Source: the human T2T-CHM13v2.0 reference genome, Homo sapiens
DNA: 64,000 nucleotides
Strand: one strand, 5' to 3'
NCBI RefSeq assembly: GCF_009914755.1
Contig: NC_060947.1
The translations under genes and the position numbers were made by a program. Each line of letters starts with the position of its first letter. Within the stretch, counting starts at the first letter, position 1. Positions 17,264-31,745 of this stretch are shown here, piece after piece. Below the pieces are notes generated by a model. The model was not told the origin of the DNA. It did no database searches and worked only from the letters and a program-made list of their open reading frames with translations.

Positions 17264-17889
17264 TAAAAAGTGGTTCCTATCAAAGAACCACCTTTGTGGT
17301 CAGAAATTTCTTCAGACACAGAGGCATGCTATACGGGGCAGAGGAAGACTTGTCCTAGCAGAAGAACCCCCTTGTTTTCCAGTTTAGCAAGACCTGTCTT
17401 CCCTCCCAGCCCTGGGTTATTCACCTGTACAGAATCAAGCACTCTTGGACCCCTCTTTCCCTTGATACACAGATCCCATTCCTAGATATCCTAGCCACGT
17501 GAACCGTGAGTGTGGAGCCCCATTCAGCTGGGCTAGGTCTGGACCCTCATGGAGAAAGATGTTTCAATAAAAGAAATGCTGCCTCTTCCTACTTTCCAGC
17601 CACCACCTTTTCTGTCCTTTTTCCCCCACAAGCTGATCTTATTAAATAATTTCCTTCCCAAGTGTCTCCTTTTAGAGGCATCACTGTATATTTCTTTCAC
17701 GTGCCTCATTATGGCTAATAAAAATTTAAAATAAATTTGTCCCTTAATCATACCATGATTCATTGGTAGTGACCTTGGGGCTGCCTCCTCTGAGCTATAC
17801 GTTTATTTATGATATTTAGAAAAAGCTACAGTCACCTCACAATCTCAAAAAAGGCACAGTGTTCTCTCTGAAATATAACCATGAGCCTC

Positions 17890-18345
17890 CCCGCTTAAAC
17901 TTGTCCACCAGCTTCCTGCTGCCTGCAAGATAAAAGCCAAGTTCTTAACACTCAAGGCCCTCTGCAATCTGGTGTTCTCTGCCCACTGGAGGGGGTCCAG
18001 TCTCCCAGCAGCCCACCCCTGACTCACAGCCCCATGCTCTGACCTCCCAGAATCACCATGTTCTTTTGTTTTCTCTGTGTTCCACACAGGTTGTGCACTT
18101 GGCTTGGAACATCGTCTCTCTAATTCCCACATCCTTGAAATTACACATATGCTTCAAGACCCAGCTCAAAGGTACCGGCCACCCATGCCCCATGCTCTCA
18201 GACCTTTGCGCATACCTGTTGTCATAGTTGATATCACCTTGAGAACAGTGACCATGTTTTGATTATCTGAGTATTACCAGCACCTAGCACAATACCAGGC
18301 ACGCAGGACGTGCTCACTATATATTTTTGTGGATGGATGAATGCA
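17890..18345 (+). mobile_element. L2 3' fragment
   Basis: gataaaagccaagttcttaac...aaggccct...cagcacctagcacaataccaggcacgcag...tggatggatgaatg. Confidence 0.6.
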
Positions 18346-18951
18346 GGGGGTGGAGAGGGTCTTGCAGTGGCAAACAGAAATCAGTGGGAAAAGTGGTCTT
18401 TTTTAAACATATGGGGACACATTGAGACACACTTTCAGTAAAAGACCCTTCTGCATGAAGTCCCATGAAAAAGCTGGCAAACCGAATGAGGGAAGAGGAA
18501 CTATATGTTTTTATCCAGTAAATTATGAGAGGCTTTCGGAACCACTTCCAAGGACCAAACATAGTCATGTAATAATGGTTATCAGGAAACCTGGCAGAGC
18601 AGAGGTATCGAGTCTCGTTATCAAGTCATTATTAAAGTGCTTTGTTTGCTTCTCTAGGCCAACCCCAGATGCTTAGGCCCCAGAGCTGCCTTTTCCTTCT
18701 GAAACTGGCTCATTTGAGGGTTGAACAAGGGTTTTGGGGGAAAAAGAGGGGAAAAAAGGGGAAAAGGCCCTTCTTCCAAGGTTGTTGAATTTTTTTAAAC
18801 CACAGCCTGATTTGGCTTCAGGGATTCAGAAGACTTTTCCTGACAGCTCTGTTGCCCTCCCGGAATGGAGAATGCTAATGGAAAGCAGCTGGCCTCATGT
18901 TGTTGGTTTTCTTTAAACAATGTAATAGGATGAAATGTATTTCACAGAGTC

Positions 18952-20103
18952 TGCGGTAAACAGAATTCTAAGATGACCCACAAGATTCCCACCCCCTGGT
19001 ATGCATGTCCTGTAAATCCCCTCTCCTTCAGTGTGGGTGGACCTAACCTAATCAGGTGGGCCTCTGAAAAGGAGGGTTTACATGCTCTCACTTATACGTG
19101 GGAGCTAAACATTGCGTGCGCATGGACATAAAGATGGGAACGACAGACACTGGGCACTGGGGACTACTAGAGGGGAGAGGATGGGAGGGAGCAGCGTTGA
19201 AAAACTACCTATAGGGTACTATGCTCACTTCCTGGGTGATGGGATCAATCATACCCAAAACCTCAGTAACATGCAATTTACCCATGTAACAAACCTACCC
19301 ATGTACCCCCGAACCTAAAATAAAAGTTGAAAAAATAAACAAAACACACATTTGAACATGAGTAAATAAAAGGAGGATTTAGAGATCAGATAATAGAAGC
19401 CAGAGAGATCAAAGCTGCAGCAGATGCTGTCCTGTTGGCCTTGGAGTAACCAACTGCCATGTTGTCGAGGGCCACATGGCAGGGCATGGCAGGACATGAC
19501 ATGTGGCCTCTAGTAGCTGAGAGAACCCCTTAGCTAACAGCCATCAAGAAACCAGGGACCTCAGGCAGGGCACAGTGGCTCACGCCTATAATCCCAGCAC
19601 TTTGGGAGGCCGAGGCAAAGGATCACTTGAGCTCAGGAGTTTGATACCAGCCTGGGCAACACAGGAAGACCCGTCTCTACTAAAAATACAAAACGTAGCC
19701 AGGCATGGTGGTGCACACCTGTAGTCCCAGTTAAGGCTGAGGTGGGAGGATTGATTGCGCCCATGAGGTTGAGGCTGCAGTGAGCTGTGATTGCTCCACT
19801 CTAGCCTGGGTGACAGAGTGAGACCCTGCCTCAGAGGGGGAACAAAAGGAAATCAGGAACCTCAGCCCTATAGCCTCAAAAAACTGAATTCTGCCAACAA
19901 CCATTCAGTTTAAAAGATAACCCTGTACCTCAGAGGAGACCTCAGCCCTGACGGCGATTGAGCCTTGTGAGACCCTGAGCAGAGGACTCAGCTAAGCCCA
20001 GTCTGGACTCTTGACTCATAGAAACTGAGAGATGGTATATTTGTGTTGTCATAAGACAGTATTTTTTTTGTCATTTGTAACATAGCAATAGAAGACTAAT
20101 AGA
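18952..20103 (+). mobile_element. MaLR LTR (MLT1E-like) with a nested L1 3' end (about 19081-19368) and Alu (about 19564-19835)
   Basis: Starts tgcggtaaacagaattctaagatgaccc, ends tttgtaacatagcaatagaagactaat; the L1 is flanked by duplicated aaggagg(g/a)ttta. Confidence 0.8.
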
Positions 20104-20409
20104 GTCCTAGAGGCTCTAGCTCTAATTGCAGATGAAGCCAAAACTGGGGTAGGTTTGGAGCCATGTAAGCTGCAACACAGACCTGGTATAGAAGCACACG
20201 AGGGGATTATATGCTCCCTTCCCCCAGCACACCCCACTGCAAGCACTTCTTTACGAAGAACTTAAGTTGCTACTCTCTCAAGCAAATTGTCAGCTGGACT
20301 GATTAGACCCTGCCAAAATGTTAGAGCATGCAAAATCCCCTTAAAGGCTCAGCTTGTTTGAGATGGCTTTCCCTACCCTCAGGACAATGTCTTTAACCCC
20401 TTTCAAACT

Positions 20410-20784
<375 letters not shown>

Positions 20785-21418
20785 TGAACATTCTGAGGTG
20801 TGGTAAGGGGAGAGAGTGGTGGTGATTGGATTCTTCTAGAGGGAGCGTCTGATGCCAGGACGCCAACTCATTGAGGAACGAGGAACCACCCAAAATGAAA
20901 GTATCAGAAAGGGCCCCTATACCCCTTAATTGCAAAATAAAGTATCCTCCAGGGGAAAGGAGGCTATAATCACCCCACAGCTTCCTCTTTTCTTGCAGGA
21001 GGTTGGCAGGAGGGCATCAGAGGTCCAGCCAGCTCCTGAAATGCAGCCCTTGGACACTCCGTAATGAAGATGGCTGCCCTTCAGATCACACAATGAGCTC
21101 CAGAAGTCCTACTCCACGAGTCCACCAGTAGTCAGTATGATTCCATTGTGGAAAGTCACCCCACTGATTGGCAGAGTTCATTTGGTGGGGTAGGGGTTTG
21201 ATACCAGGTTCCACCCAGGATACAACTACGTCCATGCACAAATCAGGGCTGTGGGATATAGACGGAATGATTGGCATTTGCCCAGCAGGGGCCAAGAGCA
21301 GCAGCATTTCTCAGCAAGCCCAGGGCCAGCTAGCTAGCCTTGAACTTCTGTTTGTTTGTGCTCCTAGGAGCAGGTGTGAGCACCCTCACGGGAACCTGGG
21401 TAGAGGAGGAGAACAATC

Positions 21419-21500
21419 TTTTTTTCTTTTTCTTTTCTTTCTTTTTTTTTTTTTTTAAATACTGTGTCTCGCTCTGTCGCCAGGCTGGAGTGCAGTGGTG
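21419..21500 (-). mobile_element. Severely 5'-truncated Alu with target-site duplication
   Basis: PolyT plus about 40 bp of the Alu 3' end, flanked by gaggagaacaatctt on both sides. Confidence 0.85.
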
Positions 21501-21602
21501 GAGGAGAACAATCTTGATGGCCATTTATGCTGGCTCTGAGAGCCCTGGGTGGGTATCTACCCAAAGCAGAAACTGATGCATGGCTTTGGTGGCACATTAT
21601 TA

Positions 21603-22188
21603 TATTTTTTAATTTGGAAATTTTGTATTGATACATTATGTTTGTACATATTTATGGGGTACATGTCATACTTTGTTACATGCATAGAACATATAATCAT
21701 CAAGTCGGTATTTAGTAGATATTCATCACCTCAAATATTTGTGTTGGGAACATTTCAAGACCTCTTTTGTGGCTATTTTGAAATATACAATATATTATTA
21801 ATTATAGTCATTCTACTCTGCTATGGAACATTAGAACTGATTCTTTCTATCTAACTGTATGTTTGTATTAACCAACCTCTCTTCATTCACCCCTGCCACC
21901 CATACACCCTTCCCAGTCTCTGGTAACTATCATTCTACTCTCTACCGCCATGAGATCAACTTTTTCATCTTCCACATATGAATGAGAACATGTATTATTT
22001 GCCTTTCTGTGCCTGCCTTATTTCACTTAACATAACATCCTCCAGGCTCATTCACATTGCTGTGAATGACAGGATTTAATTCTTTTACATAGCCAAGTAG
22101 TACTCCATTGTGTATATATACTGCATTTCCTTTATCCATTCATCTATTGATGGACAGTTAGATTAATTTCACATCTTCACTACTGCGA
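21603..22188 (-). mobile_element. L1MA-type 3' end
   Basis: Antisense L1 3' UTR (gtacatatttatggggtacatg...catatgaatgagaacatg); TSD-like tggcaca(t/c)ta at about 21590 and 22189. Confidence 0.85.
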
Positions 22189-22669
22189 TGGCACACTACT
22201 TAAAATGACATCTTCAGCAAATTCGGCAAAGTCAACCCTCCAAATGTCCATGGATGTCAGCAGCAAGACATACCAGGGAGAGAAGATCATCTTTCTACAT
22301 TCCACACCCTCACCTGTGGGTATTTGAACATCTGGATCATCAAACAGATGCCCAAATAGGCTCTAGGGGATGCCTGCCTCAGATACTTGCTGCAGGACAA
22401 TTGTCACTGAGGCCTTTCTTACACACTAGAAGGCCAAAGAATAATGGAATCCACCCTCTCCACCTCGCCATCATGAGGAAGCCCATTTCAGAAATACCTC
22501 TGAGCACCCTGATTGTCATCCAGTGAACATGCAAAGAACTTGGCCTAAAAGGTCCTTTCTGAGATCTCTCTAGTGGCCTAGAAGCCTAGCAGACAGGGAG
22601 TCCTATTCCATCTTACAATCCACAAATCCTGTGATCAAAGGCTCTGTTCTTGTGCAGTGAGGGGCAATT

Positions 22670-22960
22670 AATATTATGCAATTAATCCAACTAATGAAAT
22701 TGCTGAGTCCTCAGTCTGTGCCAGGCAGGCACTGTGAAAAATTATTTTATGTGCATTATCTAATTGAGTCCTCACAAGAGTTCTATGTAGTAGGCATTGT
22801 TATTTTGTTTTTATTCTTTTCACACCCACTTCCCAGATGAGGAAACTGAGTCTTGCTGAAATTAGGCAGTCTGTGCAAGGTCATACACGTTGTGAGTAAT
22901 AGAGTTAGGACTCAAACCCAGTTCTGGATTTTAAAGCCCATGATTCGACCACTACACTCT
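22670..22960 (-). mobile_element. MIR
   Basis: tgtgccaggc...cagatgaggaaactgag...aaggtcataca...ggactcaaaccca. Confidence 0.8.
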
Positions 22961-23541
22961 TCTCCTTCCTCACTTGGCAAAATCTGGTCAATTTGAAATG
23001 CCCACTCACTGCTGCCCTAGAGAATCTTCCTTACTGGTCTATTACATGACCCGAAAATAGAATAGTTCACCAGGCCATTAGCAGCCCCCAACACCTTTGC
23101 AGATATTTGCTGACATTTTAACAATGCACAGAGTCCTGCCAAAAATGACCCACTAGATACATATATTGTGATGAGGGATCTTAAGGGAGATAGGTCTGCA
23201 GCATGGGGACCCTTGGGTGGTCAGACTGAAGTGCTGTTCCAGCATTGGGGAGGAGGGGCAGGAAAGCATGAGAACACTGGGAGACTCAAGAGAAAAGTCA
23301 GAATTGAGGGGCCCTAAGGATGGACTTCACAGCTTTGAGTGTGTGTTGGGTGCCAAGAGCTCTGCCCCCAAATGCTCTGCTAGTTCTCAAGCCCATCCCA
23401 GCAGAATGTGTCTAAGGCTTTTGATCTTGTTGTTGAGTTACTGCAGTAGCTGTTATTACTGCTTCCAGTGGTCAATAATAACACCAGTTGAGGGAGGAGG
23501 TAAAAATCTCCAAAGAGGAAAAAAAAGTAAAAGTAGAAGAA

Positions 23542-23841
<300 letters not shown>

Positions 23842-24313
23842 GTAGAAGAAAGGGGGTTGCTAGTGGAGGATGTGAATTTTACATAGCTCATTGGATTCTG
23901 TGGGATTTGATATAGATATCTCCTGCTCTTAGAATTCAAAAGCCGTCAAGGAGTGGAGACACCAGGAGTCATTTTCTGGCCAGGGGAGGTAGGGGAGATA
24001 AGGGAGAAAGAACAACCAGTCCTCTGCAATGTGTCCCCAGCCCAAGCTGAACTATCTGTGTCCTTTGTGCAGGCACATTGTAACTTTCTGGTTTCATCTT
24101 GCAGCCTTTTGGCCCACAGGGTGGAGGTTGGGGAAAGCAATCTCAGCATCACCCCATGGTTATGAGAAATAGCCTTTTGGTCTCCCAGTTCTGGAGGGAT
24201 ATAGAAGTCTCTGAGTGAATTTCATCTTAGCAGGAAGGGAATGGGCATAAGGAGGGGTGATGCTGATGTCTTTGTCCCCAGAGGGCACATACCCACAGAA
24301 ATAACAATGCCAT

Positions 24314-24441
24314 GGCCAGGTGCAGTGGCTCATGCCTGCAATCCCAGCACTTTGGGAGGCTGAGGCCAGAGGATCACTTGAGCCCAGGAGTTCAAGAGCA
24401 GCCTGGGCAACATGGCAAGACCCCATCTCTACAAAAAAAAA
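24314..24441 (+). mobile_element. Alu monomer (FLAM-like)
   Basis: Left arm only, followed by an A tail. Confidence 0.8.
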
Positions 24442-24864
24442 TTTCTGAAACTTTAGAAAATTTCTAAAAATATTTTAGAAAAGAAATAACGCCTCCAAGA
24501 ATCTGAGATCACTGGACATTCTCAGTCAAGGTGACATCTGAGAATTTAGGACCTCAGATTTCTTTAACCCTGATCCCATGTACAGCCCTGCAGCTCAGCA
24601 GAGGCAGCTCCCTACCTGGAGTTGTGGGAAGAGTTATCCGAAGGTTCTCTAGCCCCAAATCTTTCCTTTTACCCCAGCCATGGCATCACCCTCTCTTTCT
24701 ACCTGGCCTAAAATATCCACCATCAGAATCCTTCCCCTTGAACCAGACAGCAAAGTCAGAACATTATTTCCCAGAGCCTGTCTCATTAGTAACCCCAAGG
24801 TCTTTATGCACAGCTACTATGTGCTTAGACCTGTTTCAGGTGCTATGTAGGCAATGACAAAATA

Positions 24865-25110
24865 AAATCGTTAACATTTACTTGACAATGAATATGTGCA
24901 AATGCTGTTTGAAGTGCTTCGGATACATCATCTCATTTAATCCTCAGAACAATCCTATGAGGTAGGTACTAGTTATTTTCACTTCTCTCCCATTTTGTAG
25001 ATGAGGAAACAGAAAGGCTAAGTAACTGCCCAGGGGCACATGACAAGTTCGAATTCTGAAGGTAGGATTTGAATCTAGGCAATCTGACTCCAGAGCCAAT
25101 AAGTGCTACA
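24865..25110 (-). mobile_element. MIR
   Basis: tctcatttaatcctcagaacaatcctatgaggtagg...cccattttgtagatgaggaaac core. Confidence 0.85.
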
Positions 25111-25346
25111 GAAAATGACCAATTCCCTGATGACAAAGAGAAAGAATACACATGAAACAATTGAGAATAGAACTACATTAGGAATTACAAAGCCCGCGTC
25201 CTGAAATCTGCTGTTCCAAAAAGTTGTCCTTGCAGCCTTGCCCGAGTCATAGCCCCTCTTTGGACCTCAGTTCTCACATTTGTAAAATAAGATGAGGCAA
25301 AATTATCATGTGTTAGGACAAGGATTCTCAGGGTTAAACTCTAGGG

Positions 25347-25560
25347 CAAGCTTGTCCAACCCATGGCTCCTGTGCCGCATGCGGCCCAGGATGGCTTTGA
25401 ATGTGGCCCAACACAAATTCATCAACTTTCTTAAAACATTATGAAATTTTTTTTACAATTTTTTTAAGCTCATCAGCTGTAGTTAGTGTATTTTATGTGT
25501 GACCCAAGACAATTCTTCTTCCAATGTGGCCCAGGGAAGCCAAAACATGGGCCACCCCTG
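25347..25560 (-). mobile_element. MER30 hAT-Charlie MITE with 8-bp TSD
   Basis: caagcttgtccaacc...ggccacccctg flanked by ctctaggg (25339-25346 and 25561-25568). Confidence 0.88.
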
Positions 25561-25787
25561 CTCTAGGGCACTGGCTACATGTGGAAGGAGTCTGCAGGCC
25601 CCAAGAGTTGTGGAACAAAAAGCTGGAGTGTACTTTGCTTACATGTGTGGTACAGGGGGCTAGATGCCAGAAATGAGGCAGAGGGGTAAGATCAAGTCAG
25701 AAAAGGGTGTCCATAACACATGGCAAAGCTGAGAATGGCAAGGAACAGCAAAGCAAGGCTAGTATGCTGAGATTTAGATGTAAATGA

Positions 25788-26319
<532 letters not shown>

Positions 26320-27100
26320 TAGGCAGAAAAGTTTGCTGACAGCTTGAGCACTGAGGCACTGAGAGTCAGCACAGATGAGTTACAGATGAGGACAGAGAGG
26401 GCAGGTGACATCCACAAACCCTAGTGAGCAGGAAGGAGTAAATGATGTGCCCAGGCTCTTCTTCCTAGAGTGTACTACCTGGAAGGAAAAGAAAAGTGGC
26501 AGTGAACCCCAGGAGAGCAGAAATCTGTTGGGCTTCTCTAAACTTCAGGCACAAGAATCCCTAGTCAGAATGACCTAGGAAAAAGAAAAAGCCACACTGG
26601 AGTAGCATCTGTCCTCACAGTGCCCGGGAGAAGCTCCTAAATGGGGGTGGCAGGTGGTTGGCCCCTGACCCAGCTGGACACTGCCCCGTTGTCCACTTGA
26701 GCATGAGAGAAAAGCATACCCCAGCATGTGAGGAATAAATGAGATGCATAGAAAGTAGCACAGTGCCTGGCACAAAGAAAGTGCTCAATAAATAGTGAGG
26801 TTTACAAAACTCCCATGACAGATAAAGGCAAACTGTGAGCACAGGGTTTAAGGAGGAAGGCTGTAAGTCAAGAGCATGGGTAACGATCACTGATTCCTTG
26901 GCACTCACTCACAGGGATGCTGCTTCTTCAGAGGGAGTGGGGCCCAGGGACCTGCAAGTCCAGAACCTTCCAGGTGACTCCTGGGAGGTGAGGGCTCCAA
27001 ATACCTAGCTTTAAGGAAACCCTGCTGTAAATCACCTTGGGTACAGGGCATGGCTGAAACAGAAAACCTGAATTGGGAAGCCATAAGAAATGGATGGCAG

Positions 27101-27503
27101 CTAGAGAGTGGATTAATAGACATTGGAGCCTCAGGAAAGTGGGAAGGTGGGAGGGGAGTGGATGGTGAGAAATTACCTATTGGGTACAATGTATACTATT
27201 CGGGTGTTGGGTGCACTAGAAGCCTAAACTTCACCAAGTATCCACACTATATCACTCATATAAAGCTCTTGGCAAGAGGCATAACACACAGTAAGCACTC
27301 GATACATGTTCACTGTTATTGGTATTACTCTCCCTTCTGCACAAGAAGGCTGTCCTCCCCGTGGTGGTAATGACCTGTGTTCCCTGCTCTTCATCAGTTT
27401 CCCTAAAGTAGGGGATGAGATGTTCTGCAGTTACCCACAATATATCCATGTAACACAACTGCACTTGTACCTCCTACATCTATAAAAATAATAAATAATA
27501 AAA
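27101..27503 (+). mobile_element. L1PB/L1MA 3' end split by a 203-bp non-L1 insertion
   Basis: L1 3' UTR (aaattacctattgggtacaatgt...acttcacca | caatatatccatgtaacacaactgcacttgtac); TSD aagaaatggatgg(c/t)ag. Confidence 0.85.
27235..27437 (+). repeat. Direct dispersed duplicate of 30767-30969
   Basis: Both copies are 203 bp, with about 17 mismatches and no indels by manual alignment. Confidence 0.95.
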
Positions 27504-28016
27504 AGAAATGGATGGTAGGACAGGGCAAGTGTGGCGAAGAAAAAGCAATTTGAATGATATCTAGAGAGAATCGTGACCACAGATGAAGGTATTTTTCTTC
27601 TAATAAACACCTCTAAGATGTGAGTCTCCAATGAGGCCTCTAGCAATTTTTGGACAGTTCAAACCCCAGCTCTGCAATTAACTAGCTGTGAGGCCTGGGG
27701 CACATGGAGTCCTTTCTTGGAGCCTCCGTTTACTCCCCTAAGGAGTAAGGGGTTGAACTAGACTTGAAGTCTAGGGTTATTTTTAGCTCAGGCATTCTTG
27801 GATTCTATTATTTCCTGAGATGATCTTTCAAAGTTCCCAGTTCATCCTAGAGTAGCCAGATTTTGCAGAGGCTCACTATAAGCCCTCCCTGAGTGGGCCA
27901 ATGGTGGCCCAGCCTTCACAGCAAGACTTTCAGAAGCCTGTCAATATTGCAGAAAACTGTCTTACTTTCAGATTGTTTAGAAACCAAAGCTATATTTCCC
28001 ATTTAAAAAATGCACA

Positions 28017-28384
<368 letters not shown>

Positions 28385-28561
28385 CTACCTCATCCCAAAG
28401 AGTTTCCTCCTTCCTCTAACTCTGAAGAAGCAAACAGAAGCCATTTCTGTATAAAATAAGTCTCAGGATCATTGATGTTTGGCTTCTGGGGCCACAAGGA
28501 CAAAAGAAACAAACATTCTTCACGTGTGAAGTTAAAATTATGTCCTTCAAAAATAGGGCAT

Positions 28562-28684
28562 GGCTGGGCATGGTGGCACATGCCTGTAGTCCCAGCTACT
28601 GGAGATGCTAAGGCAAGAGGATCACCTGAGCCCAGGAGTTCAAGGCCAGCCTGGACAACACAGCAAGACCCCATTTTTAAAAAG
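28562..28684 (+). mobile_element. Alu monomer (FLAM/FAM-like)
   Basis: Single arm. Confidence 0.75.
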
Positions 28685-30069
28685 GGTTTTGGAGGTTTAG
28701 TGGGGATATTCCCCCTCCTCTTTCCGTTAACAGGTTTCTGGATACCCCTCCAACTATCACAAATGAACAGTGAACTAATGCAGAAACCTTTGTTAATATG
28801 CTTGATGGCAAACTCTAGAGAGGAAGCTTTCCCTGATCTACTGGGTTCTAGTGCAAATCTGAGGAGGCAGACGCGCCCGTGCTCCCAGGACCCTTTCCTT
28901 TCTCCCATGGGCTCAGAAGACTCTCCCTTTGACTTACTTCCCTCTCCATTTTCCCAGGACAGTTGGGCTTATGGAAAGGGAAGATCTAAATGCAGTAAGG
29001 AAGAAGTACCATGATCCTTAGTTCATAGGATGGGCTAGTTAGTACTTAGCTCATGAAGTTCACAGGCCAGGAAATAAGAAATAAAGACCTTGTTAATGTA
29101 AAAATGCAACATGACTTTATCAACCTTCTGTAGCAATATTTTTCTGAAATACACTGCCTCCTGTGCTGTTGCTCTTTTCTTACTCATATCTGGACTTTCC
29201 CAGGTCCATATCTCTTCTTTTCCTGTTCTCTTGTTTCTATTTCTCATTTTGAACATCTCCCTTATATGTTATAGTAGATAACTGAATTACATTGTTCTAA
29301 GTTTTTGTGTTTGTAGCAAGAAATATGGTTCAAAATGTTCAAATTAGATGGGTAAAATATTTTGTTTCTACTTTTAGAAGTTCAAGCAAGTTGATTTAAC
29401 AATATGGGGCCCTTTGTTAATTTTTTCCCCTGGGGCCTTGGCCTCATTAGATGAAACTCTCCCTCTTCCTATCAGGCTGGGGAATTTTTGAGGACCAGAA
29501 CCTCAGACTAATGCAGATCTTGACAAGCTGAGTGGCCTAAGGTAAGTCATATAATCCCATCATGCCTCAGTTTCCTGATTTATAAAATGAACATGATAAT
29601 AGAAGGGTCTGGGGACAGAAGTTAGGAGATGAAGGAAGTAGGTGGAATGAAAGAAGTATGAACATCATAAGTCATCTTTGTGTAGTGCTCTTGACTCTCT
29701 GATCCAGTAGTTTCTAAGCAGATATGCTTTTGTCACAGAAAGAGAAATCTGGCACATTGACCTTCTGAGTAGGAAGCATAACATAATTGTGAAAGGGTTA
29801 GGCTATGAAGCTGGACAAATCTAGGTTTGAATCCTAGCTCTTGTCAATTACTAGGTGTGTGATCTTGGGCAAGACACTGAACTGCTGAAAACCTAAATTT
29901 CCTTAGCTGATAAGTGGGGCTTAGTACTTTCATCATAGGCTAACTGTGAAGATTCATTCATTTAATAATTGTTCATTGAGCTCCTGATATGTGCTAAGAA
30001 GAGCCCAGAGCAGTGCTCAATAAAGAGAAGGGCCCTGCTCTCACAGACAGCTTGGTGAACTAACTCACT

Positions 30070-30786
<717 letters not shown>

Positions 30787-31524
30787 CTCATATAAAGCTC
30801 TTGGCATGAGGCATAACACACAGTAAGCACTCAATACATGTTCACTATTATTGGTATTACTCTGTCTTCTCCACCAGAAGGTTTTCCTCCCCATGGTGCT
30901 AATGACCTGTGTTCCCTGCTCTTCATCAGTTTCCCAAAAGTGGGGGATGAGACTTTCTGCAGTTACCCATACTCTCTCCATCAGCCTCCCAGTAACCAGC
31001 AGGTTTGTCCAATGGTTACCTGCATTGGGGGCTGGGGCCCATGGGTGTGTGAGGGCAAAGCCAACTGGATCCAACCTGTGCCCTTGGCCCATTAGCCACC
31101 ATTGGATCAATAGGCCACAGATACGGCTTGAGTTTCAATCCCAGACTCCTGGGAAACCAGCTGTCCCCAGAAAGCCTCTCTCTGGGTTCACAGAATGGAG
31201 TGACTTCTTTGAGGCAAGTATCAAGCCCAGGTGAGGCTGCTCAGGCTCCTCCTTAACTGTATTTGTGACCACCCAGGCCCTGTGCTTTTTATATTTCACC
31301 CGAGGCTATTCTTAAACAGTTCAGACTGCTCTTTTGGACACTGTAGTGGCACAGCAAGGAAAATCCTCCCCCTTTCCTCTTCTCCAGAAAGGACTAAATG
31401 GCTTTCCTATACCAACAGCAGAAACTTTCATTTCCTTTGGCTGTCCCAGAAGAACAGAAATGGGATCATGACTACCTAATTGGTTAATGGTCACTCTTTG
31501 TTTGTCAACATAAGGTGACAAGGG

Positions 31525-31745
31525 AACTCATATTTACTGAGGGCAACCTATGTGTGCCTGCCAGTTACCTAATTTAATCTTTGTGACAACACCATGAGGT
31601 AGGAATCATCTCCATTTTACAAATGAGAAAATTAAGGCTCAGAAAGGTTAAGGCATTCACCCATGGCCACATGGCTAGTAAGTAGCATTGTGAGGATTCA
31701 AACCCATATTTGACTCCAAAGCCCCATGCACTTTCTACTATATGG
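31525..31745 (-). mobile_element. MIR
   Basis: ccattttacaaatgagaaaattaaggctcagaaaggttaag core. Confidence 0.8.

Larger units (their letters stand above)
20830..23420 (-). pseudogene. Decayed FBXW2-like F-box/WD40 gene relic
   Basis: Collinear peptide remnants versus recalled FBXW2: QHTLKAVKSILRAPQF*LFS ~ [42 protein letters not shown] ~ [33 protein letters not shown] ~ LEDHEAFE; IWRVDFAEFAEDVILSS ~ VFSVDYNDELDILVSG; STNKQKFK ~ SADKYEIK; [11 protein letters not shown] ~ GSSFLAGEASW. Many stops and frameshifts. Confidence 0.6.

Noticed and set aside
21086-21360. Resemblance of SHSPDL / LALGLL to the TOM1-family VHS domain
   Set aside because: Only two short matches; the collinear FBXW2-like series explains the whole region better.
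28390-29014. Overlapping 172-aa and 180-aa ORFs and a GTAAGT donor at about 28937 (minus)
   Set aside because: The ORFs run through an Alu monomer; the nearby ATG gives phase 0, which is incompatible with exon 3, and the acceptor is poor.
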